The position numbers and the translations under genes are program-made. Positions 1-10,855 of a stretch of DNA of 64,000 nucleotides are shown in pieces. Below the pieces are notes generated by a model that did no database searches, was not told where the DNA came from, and was given only the letters and a program-made list of their open reading frames with translations. Within the stretch, counting starts at the first letter, position 1. Every line of letters starts with the position of its first letter. Where the stretch lies: the NCBI RefSeq assembly GCF_988242995.1, contig NZ_OZ547043.1; one strand, written 5' to 3'.

Positions 1-66
1 AATGGCTTTCACCGTTACTGATGGACAACCACAAAATGGACATGGTTTAACATTGTCATATCTCAT
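1..66 (-). CDS. ralR: Restriction-alleviation protein RalR/Lar, N-terminal 22 codons only (gene continues beyond window start)
   Basis: Minus-strand translation from ATG at 66 reads MRYDNVKPCPFCGCPSVTVKAI, matching the start of Rac RalR as I recall it; lies just downstream of recT as in K-12 Rac. Confidence 0.6.
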   Translation of the reverse strand, partial: MRYDNVKPCPFCGCPSVTVKAI

Positions 67-122
67 AACTTTTCTCATAAAAAATATTTCAAGTTGGCGG
101 TGCATTACACCGCCAGGCTGAA

Positions 123-932
123 TTATTCCTCTGAATTATCGATTACACTGTATTCCCCGGTTAATACAGAGGAATCTGCAGGATCGATTGTCAGTGGTTC
201 CTTTTCATCCATTGATACTGCACGCTGGATCTCAATTGATACGGGCAGATATTTGAACAGGCGACGAATAGCCGTTTTCTTTGCCATTTCTTCCCAGTGA
301 GTTACCCACGGCCCGTTATTACCAGCTTTACTCAGGCTGCGCACCAGCTCAATCTGTTTGCGCGTCATAACTTCAAACTGAGTACCTCCGTCTTTCAGTC
401 TTGCGACAGCATAGACGTGGGTAACCGGGGCATCTTCGTTTTCTCCCGGGCGGTGTATTAACTTTTCATCAAGGCCAAATTCGAAGCTAAACTCGTCACC
501 TTCACGGACAACACGGGCTGACAGGCTGGCGATTTGACCAGAACGGCGAGCCAGATCAATCATGCCGCGATAGCCAATGATTAGCTGAACGTTCTTTTTA
601 CCGCTCTTTTCGTTTTTATTACCAAAAGGCAGTAAATATGCATGACCGAGGGCGCTACCTGGCTCAAGTCCGAGCTGTGAACACTGTACGATCGCACTGA
701 CAAAACTCATAGTGTCACAGTTTCCTAACGCCGGAACTTTACGAATTTCTGTAGTGGCGATACGGATCATACGTTCAGCCGTCATATGGCGTGGAAGAGC
801 TGCTGCCAGTTGCTCTTTCATTGATGGCTGGTTAATAAAGCTAATCACGTCGCTATTTTTAACTGCTGCTGGTGCACGGTTTCCCTGAGTTTTTTGCAGA
901 TCGGCTTTTGCGATTGGTGGTTGCTTAGTCAT
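123..932 (-). CDS. recT: RecT single-strand annealing recombinase (Rac prophage)
   Basis: ORF 123..989; product from internal Met [21 protein letters not shown]... is 269 aa and matches K-12 RecT from memory. Confidence 0.95.
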   Translation of the reverse strand: MTKQPPIAKADLQKTQGNRAPAAVKNSDVISFINQPSMKEQLAAALPRHMTAERMIRIATTEIRKVPALGNCDTMSFVSAIVQCSQLGLEPGSALGHAYLLPFGNKNEKSGKKNVQLIIGYRGMIDLARRSGQIASLSARVVREGDEFSFEFGLDEKLIHRPGENEDAPVTHVYAVARLKDGGTQFEVMTRKQIELVRSLSKAGNNGPWVTHWEEMAKKTAIRRLFKYLPVSIEIQRAVSMDEKEPLTIDPADSSVLTGEYSVIDNSEE

Positions 933-3525
933 TTGCATATTCCTTAGCCCAGCGGGGCAGTGATAATGTCTTAATAGCTGGCCATTCATCGGTATTCAGG
1001 CAGTCAGACAGGGTTCGCAGATTGCGGTGATATTCCTGTTGACCTGCCAGTTTTGCTTCTTCGCCCATCATGAAAATTTCAACCGGATAACGTCCGCATT
1101 CAATAGTTGTGCTGGCAACCAGAAAAACGAAAGTTGGCTGCACTCCAAACTGTGCTTCATAACCGTCACTGTAGAATGCATCCTGAACGTGATAGCGGTA
1201 GTCGTAATAAGCGGTTTTGAATCGTTGAATATCCGCCGTAGTTTTCACGTCCATGATCCAGTGAAATTCAGGGATAATTTTGTCCGGACGGCACCGACAC
1301 AAAATTCCTGTTTCAGGATCTTCCCAGTAAATTGATGATTCAGCGTGTCCGGCGCTTTCAACAAGCCATTGCCCCAGCGGCAAAGCCATAACGCTTTGAT
1401 ACATGAGTTCAATTTTCCGGCCTTCTTCCGCAGTGATAACCGTTTTTCCTGTGCTTGCGCATTCCATCAGAAACGCTTTCTCTTCTTCTTTTCCGGCGTT
1501 TGTACGGCGGTTAAATTCAGGTGCTACGATAAAGCGGTTACTGAATTCTTCCGGTTCAAGTACCCGGCAGTGGAAAGCAGTTCCTAAATCGAGCGTTTTT
1601 GTCTTTGTGGTGTCCACGGGGGCATTTTTACGCCACAAATATAGTGCCGGAGTATCAGCAATGTCATCGAGCTGAGACTTACTGATACCGGGACCCGCGT
1701 GGTAATTCTCATTCGAAATTCCGTAATAAATACCTGGCTCTATGTCTTCTACGATTACGGGATCTGCGACTTCGCCAGTTTCATCACTGCAATCGTGATG
1801 CGGATCGCTGCCAGCATTCTCATTGTGCGGATGTTCAGCGCCTTCCATTTCCTCCGGATCATTTTCCTTAGCTTCAACCTGACTCTCTTCATCGAATGTT
1901 TCCTGGTATGTTGCGTCGCCCATCACCGCACCACAGTCAGGGCAGTTATCCCCGCCAGTCTGGCCGCAGGCATTGCAGGCTATTTCCGGTTCCTGTTGCA
2001 CTACTGGCTCAGGTTGATTCATATCTGGGCTGGTTTTTTCCGTTTCTGGCTGGTTCTGGTACACACAATCGCGAGTCTGGATCCCCTTTACCCATTTCGG
2101 ATCGTTCGGGTCGCTAATTCCGTCAACAAATTCACCACGTGATGCAGCAAGCAATTTATCGGCATCGACAGGATTTTTTGATGGAATGTTTTTCCGGGCT
2201 TCATGGAGTTCTGCCCACAGTTCCTGATATTTCGCATCAACAGAATTTACCTGTGACTGAGCATCCAGCGGCTGCGTGTCCTGATGATGTTCAGTTGCGT
2301 CCGGTTCCATTGTTTCAGCCTCTCCCTGTTCAACTGCCGTTGTTCCAGATGGTTGCGGTTTTTCTTCATCATCCTGTTTTCCTTCTTCTGTTACTCGCTG
2401 CGGCATCGGGGCAGAGGAGCGACCGCAGGCAATATCCACGATTTCCGGATCAGGGTTGGCATGATCGGTTTCAGTCAGTACTTTGTTCAGATATTCAGTG
2501 ACGTGCGCGGGGATGACCTCGATCCCAATTGGTGCTTCTTTTACGGACGCAACCACGATGGCGCGGGAATAATCCAGCCCGCCAGGCATGGTGATGAATT
2601 TGTCGCGGAAAACAGAAAAGGGCGGTTTATTTTCAGCGATAATTTCCTCAATGCGTTTAGCGTGTGCCGGATGAAGGTTATAGATGTCCAGATCCATTGA
2701 ACGGGCCAGTACGCCAGTGGCTACGTCGCGCGCCAGTGACGTCAGATCGTGTACGAAACCTTCGCCGCGATCGGTGAGGTTTCCGCCGCCAGCATTAGCA
2801 CCGGAAGCCGTGCGAGTGATGTGTGAAACACGATTACCCTTCATCCACTCTTTTGTCAGCAGTCCTCGATCGGTGTAGTCAGCGTTCAGGTATGCTTCGA
2901 AAAAAGCAGTTATCAGTCCCAGGTTTGAATTACCAGGATTAGGGAAAACTTTGTCAGTGTCACGAACCAGTTTGTGGAGTTCGCGAATTTCCAGCGGGTC
3001 GAGCAGGCTGGTTTTGTGGGAAACAGCCAGGGCAGTAACAGCCGGTAGTTCTTCAGCCCGAGCAATGTGTAATGCCTGGAGTCCGTCGCGTGAAACGTGC
3101 GTTACCGGTTTTTCGCTGCCGTGTTGAGCAAGCCAACGAATGGGCAGTTCCTGGCCAGAAATTGGGAGTAGCATATTCTCCTCAATCTCAGTCATGTCTT
3201 CGCCGTTGACGTTGGTATTGCCTTGATAGTGAGCGTTGTCTGGTGCTGCTCCCGGTTTTAGTTCCCATGTCATGGAGTCTTTGCTGAGTTGATAGCGTTC
3301 ACTCCAGGTAAAATCGATCTCACCTTCAGTGGGCAGGTCATTAACGACAGGAAAATTCGTGGCAACAGCTTTAAAATAGCTGCTCAGTTTTTTACCTGAC
3401 TTAACGATCAGGTAGTCCAGAGTGGCACAGGTCGATTCAAAATCGTTGCTTGCCCACAGGACGACGTCAGGTTCACCGGATGATTTTTTCGCTTTCCGTA
3501 ACAGGAAGAGTGGTTTTGTGCTCAT
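925..3525 (-). CDS. recE: Exodeoxyribonuclease VIII (RecE)
   Basis: 866-aa [23 protein letters not shown]...; length and sequence match K-12 RecE; overlaps recT start as in Rac. Confidence 0.95.
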   Translation of the reverse strand: MSTKPLFLLRKAKKSSGEPDVVLWASNDFESTCATLDYLIVKSGKKLSSYFKAVATNFPVVNDLPTEGEIDFTWSERYQLSKDSMTWELKPGAAPDNAHYQGNTNVNGEDMTEIEENMLLPISGQELPIRWLAQHGSEKPVTHVSRDGLQALHIARAEELPAVTALAVSHKTSLLDPLEIRELHKLVRDTDKVFPNPGNSNLGLITAFFEAYLNADYTDRGLLTKEWMKGNRVSHITRTASGANAGGGNLTDRGEGFVHDLTSLARDVATGVLARSMDLDIYNLHPAHAKRIEEIIAENKPPFSVFRDKFITMPGGLDYSRAIVVASVKEAPIGIEVIPAHVTEYLNKVLTETDHANPDPEIVDIACGRSSAPMPQRVTEEGKQDDEEKPQPSGTTAVEQGEAETMEPDATEHHQDTQPLDAQSQVNSVDAKYQELWAELHEARKNIPSKNPVDADKLLAASRGEFVDGISDPNDPKWVKGIQTRDCVYQNQPETEKTSPDMNQPEPVVQQEPEIACNACGQTGGDNCPDCGAVMGDATYQETFDEESQVEAKENDPEEMEGAEHPHNENAGSDPHHDCSDETGEVADPVIVEDIEPGIYYGISNENYHAGPGISKSQLDDIADTPALYLWRKNAPVDTTKTKTLDLGTAFHCRVLEPEEFSNRFIVAPEFNRRTNAGKEEEKAFLMECASTGKTVITAEEGRKIELMYQSVMALPLGQWLVESAGHAESSIYWEDPETGILCRCRPDKIIPEFHWIMDVKTTADIQRFKTAYYDYRYHVQDAFYSDGYEAQFGVQPTFVFLVASTTIECGRYPVEIFMMGEEAKLAGQQEYHRNLRTLSDCLNTDEWPAIKTLSLPRWAKEYAND

Positions 3526-3624
3526 TGTTTTTTAACCTCAACTCAGATTAAAATTCGTTTTGTTCAGTGAATGATCTTGCCGGATACACACTGTTCATAG
3601 CCTGCGCCATACGCAGGCTATTTC

Positions 3625-4337
3625 TTGTGCACAGAAAACCCCCAGCTAGGCTGGGGGTTCCGGAAAGCTTTCAGCTTTGAGCCAGTTATTAAAACCCCTT
3701 TTGATTTGTTAAAACACTTTGCGGTCTGGCAACTGCAAGTGTCAAACAAGAAATCAAAAGGGGGTCCCAATGGGGAACGAAAAGAGCTTAGCGCACACCC
3801 GATGGAACTGTAAATATCACATAGTTTTTGCGCCAAAATACCGAAGACAGGTGTTCTACAGAGAGAAGCGTAGAGCAATAGGCAGTATTTTGAGAAAGCT
3901 GTGTGAGTGGAAAAGCGTACGGATTCTGGAAGCTGAATGCTGTGCAGATTATATCCATATGCTTGTGGAGATCCCGCCCAAAATGAGCGTATCCGGCTTT
4001 ATGGGATATCTGAAAGGGAAAAGCAGTCTGATGCTTTACGAGCAGTTTGGTGATTTGAAATTCAAATACAGGAACAGGGAGTTCTGGTGCAGAGGGTACT
4101 ACGTCGATACAGTGGGTAAGAACACGGCGAAGATACAGGATTACATAAAGCACCAGCTTGAAGAGGATAAAATGGGAGAGCAGTTATCGATTCCCTATCC
4201 GGGCAGCCCGTTTACGGGCCGTAAGTAACGAAGTTGGATGCAAATGTCAGATCGTGTGCGCCTGTTAGGGCGCGGCTGGTAAGAGAGCCTTATAGGCGCA
4301 TTTGAAAAACCTCCGGCTATGCCGGAGGATATTTATT
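3625..4337 (+). mobile_element. IS200-family insertion sequence (IS200/IS605 family, tnpA only), copy 1
   Basis: About 713 bp identical to 16039..16751; left-end perfect palindrome cccccagctaggctggggg; single Y1 transposase ORF; 3' end hairpin cctccggctatgccggagg. Confidence 0.9.
3770..4228 (+). CDS. tnpA: IS200 transposase TnpA (HUH/Y1 type)
   Basis: MGNEKSLAHTRWNCKYHIVFAPKYRRQVFY...; classic IS200 TnpA sequence with H-x-H motif (YIHMLVEIPP); SD aagggggt upstream. Confidence 0.9.
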   Translation: MGNEKSLAHTRWNCKYHIVFAPKYRRQVFYREKRRAIGSILRKLCEWKSVRILEAECCADYIHMLVEIPPKMSVSGFMGYLKGKSSLMLYEQFGDLKFKYRNREFWCRGYYVDTVGKNTAKIQDYIKHQLEEDKMGEQLSIPYPGSPFTGRK

Positions 4338-4613
4338 TCAGATTTCACCTTTTAATTTCATTGCAATTAGAGTTGCCAGAAATTCGGCTTTTTTTTCTGC
4401 GGGCAGATTCTTTCCGATATGCACCAGGCACATTTTTTTGACACCTTCATCAAGTGTTTTTACGTTGCCTGATGGACCATCGATATCAACCACAGTGAAT
4501 GGGGTTTCTTTATTTTCTGTTTTAATTACGTAGCCAATGCGCTTTCCTTCCAGATTCACCTCGTGAACAATGTCATCGGTAGTTACAACAGTGGCTTCAT
4601 AATTGGTAATCAT
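4338..4613 (-). CDS. racC: Rac prophage protein RacC
   Basis: 91-aa product MITNYEATVVTTDDIVHEVNLEGKRIGYV... matches K-12 RacC from memory; stop codon abuts IS200 right end. Confidence 0.8.
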   Translation of the reverse strand: MITNYEATVVTTDDIVHEVNLEGKRIGYVIKTENKETPFTVVDIDGPSGNVKTLDEGVKKMCLVHIGKNLPAEKKAEFLATLIAMKLKGEI

Positions 4614-4687
4614 GTTTTTCTCCTTAATTAAGGTTGAGCGAATACCTGCCATTTCTGGCATAAATTTAGTTTCGAATAGTCAATTAA

Positions 4688-4858
4688 TTAAAGTTCATGT
4701 GCCATCTGGTCTTTTTCGGCACAAGCTTCACTGCAATATTTTCTCGGTTCGTCTTTTGATAAAATCCCGTGCATGAAGTGAAGCATTCTTTCAATAGCTT
4801 TGCTTTCTTCAACGTCTTTTTTGCAAAGGTGGTAAGCACATTTTATTTTCTTAGTCAT
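4688..4858 (-). CDS. ydaE: Small Cys-rich protein YdaE (56 aa)
   Basis: Hand translation [56 protein letters not shown]; start overlaps kilR stop (TGATG); below ORF-track length cutoff. Confidence 0.7.
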   Translation of the reverse strand: MTKKIKCAYHLCKKDVEESKAIERMLHFMHGILSKDEPRKYCSEACAEKDQMAHEL

Positions 4859-5079
4859 CACCATGACTCCGCCTTTACAGGTAAACCATCACGACCGAGG
4901 AAGACTTTAATCATGCGGTCAGTAATGCATGTTTTTGTGGTCAGGTTACGAATATATAGTTTTCGCTTTTTAATATTGTTTGCCGAGGCAATATATGTCC
5001 GGCCTTCATGAAGAACATAATCGCCAGGAGTCACACACTGACGTGGTATTTCATCAGTTCCGAAGTGATGTGCAATCAT
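4858..5079 (-). CDS. kilR: Cell-division inhibitor KilR (FtsZ inhibitor)
   Basis: 73-aa product [38 protein letters not shown]... matches K-12 KilR. Confidence 0.85.
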   Translation of the reverse strand: MIAHHFGTDEIPRQCVTPGDYVLHEGRTYIASANNIKKRKLYIRNLTTKTCITDRMIKVFLGRDGLPVKAESW

Positions 5080-5520
5080 AATTATCTCCATTTTTACAAA
5101 TGAACTTTGTTGATGCGGTGCCTGGTGCCTCCAGGTGACTGCAACCAGTTAACAATTACAGTCGGCTTTCCCACCCAAACCAATAAGGACTAACATGACT
5201 TTTAACTGTGCCACGTGCGCTTAGCCGCATTCACCGCATCACAAAATTCACTTTAAAAAGGGCGGACATCAGCCGAACTTCAAGAAAAAAACTGATGCCG
5301 CCAGGACTACACACAGCAATGTCGTTATTTACAACCGGAGGCGCACTCCCACCATTTAAATTTAACAGACAAGACCGACTCTTTATGGATATCGGAAATG
5401 CGCCTTCGTGTTGTGCCCGGTTTTATTTCACCACCTCCGGGCTTCGGTGGTCTCGGCTATACCCCTACAGCGAGAGCTTGTGTTAACATTTCAATACCCT
5501 TACAGTTGAGAGTTATTGAT

Positions 5521-6009
5521 ATGTTGGATGTATTTACTCCATTGTTGAAACTTTTTGCTAACGAGCCACTCGAAAGACTTATGTATACGATTATCATTTT
5601 TGGTCTCACTCTCTGGCTGATACCGAAAGAGTTTACTGCCGCATTCAATGCTTATACTGAAATACCTTGGCTCTTTCAGATTATCGTTTTTGCCTTTTCT
5701 TTCGTGGTCGCCATTTCCTTCTCAAGATTGCGAGCACATATTCAAAAGCATTATTCATTACTACCAGAGCAACGAGTATTGCTTCGTTTATCTGAGAAAG
5801 AAATCGCTGTATTTAAAGATTTCCTTAAAACAGGAAATCTTATTATCACTTCTCCTTGCCGTAACCCGGTTATGAAAAAATTAGAACGGAAGGGCATCAT
5901 TCAACATCAGAGTGATAGCGCAAACTGTTCTTATTATCTCGTCACCGAAAAATACTCCCATTTTATGAAGTTATTCTGGAACAGCAGGAGTAGACGTTTT
6001 AATCGTTAG
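5521..6009 (+). CDS. sieB: Superinfection exclusion protein B
   Basis: 162-aa product from MLDVFTPLLKLFANEPLERLMYTIIIFGLTLWLIP... matches K-12 SieB; membrane segments visible. Confidence 0.9.
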   Translation: MLDVFTPLLKLFANEPLERLMYTIIIFGLTLWLIPKEFTAAFNAYTEIPWLFQIIVFAFSFVVAISFSRLRAHIQKHYSLLPEQRVLLRLSEKEIAVFKDFLKTGNLIITSPCRNPVMKKLERKGIIQHQSDSANCSYYLVTEKYSHFMKLFWNSRSRRFNR

Positions 6010-6161
6010 CTTACTGTGTGCTTCTCCAACCATCGGCGCGCACCAGTTTCGGTTTTAAATGTTTTGCTTTTGGTATACGTCATGGCAGTGAACGTTCCAT
6101 CCTGGTTGGGGAACACGCCGCACACCAGGGATTCGTTGTTGCCGAGGTCGATTTTTTGCAT
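6006..6161 (-). CDS. ydaF: Rac prophage small protein YdaF (51 aa)
   Basis: Hand translation MQKIDLGNNESLVCGVFPNQDGTFTAMTYTKSKTFKTETGARRWLEKHTVS; 3' end overlaps sieB stop. Confidence 0.7.
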   Translation of the reverse strand: MQKIDLGNNESLVCGVFPNQDGTFTAMTYTKSKTFKTETGARRWLEKHTVS

Positions 6162-6171
6162 TTTGCGAATC

Positions 6172-6306
6172 TCACATCTTGTTGCTACGTATAGCGACTT
6201 CTGCCTGCCAGAGATCCCAGTCGTTGCTGCGTAAAGCCTGCACAGCCTGGTTGTAAGTGATACCGCAACAATCCATCAAATACTGAACTACTTCGTAATG
6301 CACCAT
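6172..6306 (-). CDS. ydaG: Rac prophage small protein YdaG (44 aa)
   Basis: Hand translation MVHYEVVQYLMDCCGITYNQAVQALRSNDWDLWQAEVAIRSNKM. Confidence 0.65.
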   Translation of the reverse strand: MVHYEVVQYLMDCCGITYNQAVQALRSNDWDLWQAEVAIRSNKM

Positions 6307-6475
6307 CTTATCTCTCCCCTTAACGCCGGGTGGCGGAACTAACTGCTGCACTGCAAAATTTGAATCCCGCCGTCATGTTCATACGCCTCGGGCTGGCTAC
6401 TTAACCCCTTACCACTGCCTGGTAACTCGAAGTATTGCCCGGCGTTCTGTGGGGCGGGGTGGGTGGTATGCTGGA

Positions 6476-6517
6476 ACTATAGGTAATGCCTAATTGATTG
6501 TCAATAGGCTATGCCTA
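6476..6517 (-). promoter_or_regulatory. Leftward early promoter (PL-like) with repressor operator half-sites
   Basis: Minus strand -35 TTGACA (6504..6499), 17-bp spacer, -10 TATAGT (6481..6476); palindrome TAGGCtatGCCTA at 6505..6517 and GCCTAAT half-site in the spacer. Confidence 0.55.
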
Positions 6518-6614
6518 ATGTTTTGAGCGTAACCTAATAGGTGATGGCGACAGCAGAAAGTGATGGGGGGGTTAAATAACGGAATCCAGGAGTTTTCCGT
6601 CAGACCATATAAGT

Positions 6615-7091
6615 TTAAGTTCCAGTTTTTGTGATGTTCTGGCTTTTCCGTTCAGATTCTAGAGCTTTCAGATACTTACCCACTTTCATTTCCATCGCTG
6701 CTATATAGGCGCGAACATCGTGGTCAACCCAATCTGGTTCTGTAGCATTTCCAGATAACAGGAAAGCTACAATCGCTCTTATTTCATCAGAGGCTGCTTG
6801 ATAAAGGTTGTTTATATCTAAAAGTTCACTTTTTGTATCTGAATTGGTGGGGGTTGGTATGGGGTATTCGTTAAGCCCCCAATGCTCTGGACCAACAACA
6901 TCAGAAAAGAAACGCCATAATTCTGGAAGTTTATCTTTACTTATAGAGCCTTTCTTAATCCAGTCATAAATTGATGGTGGTTGGACTTTGAAGTGGCGTG
7001 CGACCTCCGCCTTTGATTTGACGGATCCCGATGCGATTTTTTTGTTAATGGCCTGCTCTATCGCTCGGCCTAAGTCTTTACCACTAAGCAT
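6615..7091 (-). CDS. racR: Rac prophage repressor RacR
   Basis: 158-aa ORF MLSGKDLGRAIEQAINKKIASGS...; matches K-12 RacR; divergent from ydaS. Confidence 0.9.
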   Translation of the reverse strand: MLSGKDLGRAIEQAINKKIASGSVKSKAEVARHFKVQPPSIYDWIKKGSISKDKLPELWRFFSDVVGPEHWGLNEYPIPTPTNSDTKSELLDINNLYQAASDEIRAIVAFLLSGNATEPDWVDHDVRAYIAAMEMKVGKYLKALESERKSQNITKTGT

Positions 7092-7144
7092 TGCTTAATA
7101 TTCTCCTATGCGCATTACATTAGGCAATCCCTACCCTTACCGCA

Positions 7145-7188
7145 TTAGGCACAGCCTATTGACAATTGCGTTAGGCGTCGCCTAATAT
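7145..7188 (+). promoter_or_regulatory. Rightward early promoter (PR-like) with two operator palindromes
   Basis: Palindromes TTAGGCacaGCCTA (7145..7158) and TTAGGCgtcGCCTAA (7171..7185); -35 TTGACA 7159..7164 and -10 TAATAT 7183..7188 about 27 bp upstream of ydaS. Confidence 0.55.
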
Positions 7189-7214
7189 TTCTGTGTGTTT
7201 TTGGAGTTCATTCG

Positions 7215-7511
7215 ATGAAAAAAGAGAACTATTCATTCAAGCAAGCTTGTGCTGTTGTCGGTGGGCAATCAGCAATGGCTAGGCTTTTAGGTGTATCACC
7301 TCCAAGCGTAAATCAATGGATCAAAGGGGTACGTCAATTGCCTGCCGAGAGATGTCCAGCAATTGAACGTGCAACAAGAGGTGAGGTTCTGTGCGAAGAA
7401 CTTCGTCCTGATATTGACTGGTCATATTTACGACGTTCGGCATGTTGTTCGCAGAATATGTCAGTGAAGCAACTAAATGACAGTAACAAATCCTCATTTG
7501 ATCATACCTGA
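7215..7511 (+). CDS. ydaS: Cro-like HTH regulator YdaS
   Basis: 98-aa ORF MKKENYSFKQACAVVGGQSAMARLLGVSPPSVNQWIKG...; HTH motif; matches K-12 YdaS. Confidence 0.9.
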   Translation: MKKENYSFKQACAVVGGQSAMARLLGVSPPSVNQWIKGVRQLPAERCPAIERATRGEVLCEELRPDIDWSYLRRSACCSQNMSVKQLNDSNKSSFDHT

Positions 7512-7533
7512 AACATCAAGAGGCAAATGATTC

Positions 7534-7956
7534 ATGAAAATCAAGCATGAGCACATCGAATCAGTGTTGTTTGCCCTAGCAGCCGAAAAAGGGCAGGCAT
7601 GGGTAGCCAATGCAATTACTGAAGAATATCTGCGCCAGGGGGGCGGCGAATTGCCCCTGGTTCCAGGCAAGGACTGGAACAATCAGCAGAATATCTATCA
7701 CCGTTGGTTGAAAGGTGAAACGAAAACGCAAAGAGAAAAAATTCAGAAGCTGATCCCAGCAATTCTGGCAATCCTTCCGCGCGAGCTGCGTCACCGACTC
7801 TGCATCTTCGATACCCTGGAACGCCGTGCATTACTGGCGGCGCAGGAAGCGTTAAGTACGGCAATTGATGCGCATGATGATGCAGTCCAAGCCGTTTACC
7901 GGAAAGCGCATTTCAGCGGCGGCGGTTCTTCCGACGATTCTGTCATTGTTCATTAA
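7534..7956 (+). CDS. ydaT: Rac prophage protein YdaT
   Basis: 140-aa ORF matching K-12 YdaT from memory. Confidence 0.85.
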   Translation: MKIKHEHIESVLFALAAEKGQAWVANAITEEYLRQGGGELPLVPGKDWNNQQNIYHRWLKGETKTQREKIQKLIPAILAILPRELRHRLCIFDTLERRALLAAQEALSTAIDAHDDAVQAVYRKAHFSGGGSSDDSVIVH

Positions 7957-7968
7957 GCAAAAGTTTCC

Positions 7969-8826
7969 ATGCTGTTTGTGCTTATTCTAAGCCACCGGGC
8001 AGCATCATACGGGGCAATTATGGCCGCATTACCATACATGCAACTGTACATAGCTGATTACCTGGCTGACACCATGCATTTGTCAGCAGAGGAGCATGGT
8101 GCGTATTTGTTGCTGATGTTCAATTACTGGCAAACAGGAAAGCCAATACCTAAAAACAGGCTGGCAAAAATTGCCCGTCTGACTAACGAGCGATGGGCTG
8201 ATGTTGAACCATCCTTGCAGGAGTTTTTTTGCGATAACGGCGAGGAATGGGTGCATCTTCGGATTGAGGAAGATCTGGCATCAGTCAGGGAAAAATTAAC
8301 CAAAAAATCAGCCGCAGGAAAAGCATCTGTTCAGGCCAGAAGAAGCAGAAAGGAAGCAGATGTTCAAACAAAACAAGAGAGAAATTTAACAGGTGTTCAA
8401 ACAGATGTTGAAGTGGTGTTTGAACATGATGTCAACACAAAGGCAACTAATAAAGATACAGATAAAGATCTAAAAACAGATCCCCCCCTAAATCCCCCCC
8501 GGGGGAATCGAGGTGTCAAAAAGTTTGACCCTCTGGATATTGCTTTGCCGAACTGGATTTCTGTCTCGCTTTGGCGTGAGTGGGTTGAATTTCGCCAGGC
8601 ATTGCGAAAACCGATTCGAACGGAGCAGGGCGCTAACGGGGCGATACGGGAGCTGGAAAAATTCCGCCAGCAGGGTTTTTCACCTGAGCAGGTGATTCGA
8701 CACAGCATCGCCAATGAATACCAGGGCTTGTTCGCGCCGAAAGGTGTTCGACCTGAGACGTTACTCCGACAGGTTAACACCGTCTCGTTACCGGATAGTG
8801 CGATCCCGCCAGGCTTCAGGGGGTAA
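7969..8826 (+). CDS. ydaU: Rac prophage protein YdaU (DUF1376-like, replication region)
   Basis: 285-aa ORF; position and length as K-12 YdaU. Confidence 0.8.
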   Translation: MLFVLILSHRAASYGAIMAALPYMQLYIADYLADTMHLSAEEHGAYLLLMFNYWQTGKPIPKNRLAKIARLTNERWADVEPSLQEFFCDNGEEWVHLRIEEDLASVREKLTKKSAAGKASVQARRSRKEADVQTKQERNLTGVQTDVEVVFEHDVNTKATNKDTDKDLKTDPPLNPPRGNRGVKKFDPLDIALPNWISVSLWREWVEFRQALRKPIRTEQGANGAIRELEKFRQQGFSPEQVIRHSIANEYQGLFAPKGVRPETLLRQVNTVSLPDSAIPPGFRG

Positions 8827-8832
8827 CTGACC

Positions 8833-9579
8833 ATGAAAAATATTGCGACAGGCGATGTTCTTGAACGTATCCGCAGACTGGCCCCGTCACATGTAACCGC
8901 GCCATTCAAGACGGTAGCGGAGTGGCGCGAGTGGCAACTTTCCGAAGGCCAGAAACGTTGTGAGGAGATCAACCGTCAGAATCGTCAGTTGCGGGTGGAA
9001 AAAATTCTTAATCGCTCTGGCATCCAGCCATTGCACCGCAAATGCTCGTTTTCGAATTACCAGGTGCAGAACGAAGGGCAGCGATACGCGTTGAGTCAGG
9101 CGAAATCCATCGCTGATGAACTGATGACCGGGTGTACAAATTTTGCGTTCAGCGGAAAACCTGGTACCGGAAAAAACCATCTGGCGGCGGCTATCGGGAA
9201 TCGCCTGCTGAAAGATGGCCAGACAGTGATTGTGGTTACCGTGGCTGATGTCATGAGTGCCCTACACGCCAGCTATGACGACGGGCAATCAGGCGAAAAA
9301 TTTTTGCGGGAACTGTGCCAAGTGGATCTGCTGGTTCTTGATGAAATTGGCATTCAGCGCGAGACAAAAAACGAGCAGGTGGTGCTGCACCAGATTGTTG
9401 ATCGCCGGACAGCGTCGATGCGCAGCGTGGGGATGCTGACAAACCTGAATTATGAGGCCATGAAAACATTGCTCGGCGAGAGGATTATGGATCGCATGAC
9501 CATGAACGGCGGGCGATGGGTGAATTTTAACTGGGAGAGCTGGCGTCCGAATGTCGTCCAGCCAGGAATTGCGAAGTAA
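8833..9579 (+). CDS. ydaV: DnaC-like replication/helicase-loader ATPase YdaV
   Basis: 248-aa ORF with Walker [16 protein letters not shown] and Walker B LLVLDEIG; matches K-12 YdaV. Confidence 0.9.
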   Translation: MKNIATGDVLERIRRLAPSHVTAPFKTVAEWREWQLSEGQKRCEEINRQNRQLRVEKILNRSGIQPLHRKCSFSNYQVQNEGQRYALSQAKSIADELMTGCTNFAFSGKPGTGKNHLAAAIGNRLLKDGQTVIVVTVADVMSALHASYDDGQSGEKFLRELCQVDLLVLDEIGIQRETKNEQVVLHQIVDRRTASMRSVGMLTNLNYEAMKTLLGERIMDRMTMNGGRWVNFNWESWRPNVVQPGIAK

Positions 9580-9601
9580 TTTTTACCGGGAGAAAAATTT
9601 A

Positions 9602-10363
9602 ATGGAGACTGTTTTTGACGCACTGAAAGCAATGGGAAAAGCCACATCCATAGAACTTGCTGCGCGACTTGATATCAGCCGTGAAGAAGTGCTGAACGAA
9701 CTATGGGAACTGAAAAAGGCTGGTTTCGTTGATAAAAGCGCGTACACCTGGCGTGTGGCTGATAACAACGTTCAGCAGGAACAGCCAGCGCCGGCAGAAC
9801 TGCCGGAAGAAACTACCACGGCAACAGTCGCGAAAATTTCAGAGAGCGATTTAACTGCGACGATTGAACAACGTGGTCCACTAACTGCGGATGAACTGGC
9901 TACGTTGTTCGGTACCACATCCCGCAAAGTGGCTTCAACGCTGGCAATGGCAATCAGCAAAGCTCGTCTGATTCGCGTTAATCAGAACGGTAAATTTCGT
10001 TACTGCATGCCGGGCGGTAATTTACCAGCAGAGCCGAAAGCTGCATCGGTAGCGGAAACAGATGGTAAAGCCTTTCCTCAGCTAGCCGGTGTTGCGTTAC
10101 CAGTACAGGAAGCTGCAACACAGGAAGATATTAAAACAGAAACTGTGGCGGACATTGTGCAGTCGTTGCCATCGTTTACTGAAACGCAAGCGGATAACCT
10201 GATTTTACCATCGCTGCATATGGCAAACCGTGAACTGCGTCGGGCGAAAAATCATGTCCAGAAGTGGGAGCGAGTCTGCGCCGCGCTGCGGGAGCTGAAC
10301 AAGCACCGGGATATTGTTCGACAGATTTTCGATTCCTCCAGTCGTATTGTGTCGGAAAAGTGA
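9602..10363 (+). CDS. Phage protein with N-terminal winged-helix-like domain (intact counterpart of K-12 ydaW remnant?)
   Basis: ORF 9551..10363; likely start ATG 9602 ([30 protein letters not shown]...); the earlier in-frame start at 9551 would overlap ydaV. Confidence 0.5.
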   Translation: METVFDALKAMGKATSIELAARLDISREEVLNELWELKKAGFVDKSAYTWRVADNNVQQEQPAPAELPEETTTATVAKISESDLTATIEQRGPLTADELATLFGTTSRKVASTLAMAISKARLIRVNQNGKFRYCMPGGNLPAEPKAASVAETDGKAFPQLAGVALPVQEAATQEDIKTETVADIVQSLPSFTETQADNLILPSLHMANRELRRAKNHVQKWERVCAALRELNKHRDIVRQIFDSSSRIVSEK

Positions 10364-10378
10364 TTGCCGGAGGCACCT

Positions 10379-10810
10379 ATGGCAAAAGTATTTACACCAG
10401 AAGAGCGGGAAAAAATTAAAGGGCAGGTTGTTGAACTTGTACGTCTGAGCGGTCGCGAGACGTTACGGGCTCTGGAGGCTAAAACCGGTGCATCAAGGTA
10501 TTACATAAGCACTCTCGCCAGAGAACTGGTCGCCAGTGGTGATGTTTACAATTCAGGCTACGGATTATTCCCGTCTGAGCAGGCTCGTAAGGACTGGCAA
10601 AACGCCCGCAAAAAACTATCCAGGGCAAAGGTGAAAAAAACGGTTGTGGTTGATCCTGACCTTATCTGGTCATTACCAGACGGAGAAATACGCCGCTACG
10701 ACAGGCGCCTGAATATAATCTGTCGCGAGTGCCGGAAAAGCGAAGTTATGCAGCGTGTACTGGCATTTTACCAGAGTAATTTCAGGAGGTTGTCTGGTGA
10801 GCACGATTAA
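10379..10810 (+). CDS. Hypothetical phage protein (143 aa)
   Basis: ORF with ATG at 10379 preceded by GGAGG; no family recognised. Confidence 0.5.
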   Translation: MAKVFTPEEREKIKGQVVELVRLSGRETLRALEAKTGASRYYISTLARELVASGDVYNSGYGLFPSEQARKDWQNARKKLSRAKVKKTVVVDPDLIWSLPDGEIRRYDRRLNIICRECRKSEVMQRVLAFYQSNFRRLSGEHD

Positions 10811-10835
10811 CTACTAGGGGGGATAACAATAAAAT

Positions 10836-10855
10836 AAAGCCTCCTAGGAGGCTTT
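10836..10855. terminator. Bidirectional intrinsic terminator between convergent genes
   Basis: Perfect palindrome aaagcctcctaggaggcttt flanked by T-runs on both strands; overlaps MTase stop codon. Confidence 0.6.

Noticed and set aside
94-300. 68-aa plus-strand ORF
   Set aside because: Lies antisense within the recT/ralR region, with no RBS and no recognisable product; recT on the opposite strand explains the region.
1027-2878. Series of plus-strand ORFs (102 to 147 aa)
   Set aside because: All are antisense to recE, whose 866-aa product matches a known protein; they are shadow ORFs.
3618-3878. 86-aa minus-strand ORF inside IS200 (repeated at 15909..16292)
   Set aside because: Antisense to the IS200 left end and tnpA 5' region; IS200 is known to encode only tnpA.
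8397-8972. 191-aa minus-strand ORF
   Set aside because: Antisense to ydaU/ydaV; Cys/Arg-rich low-complexity translation typical of a shadow frame.
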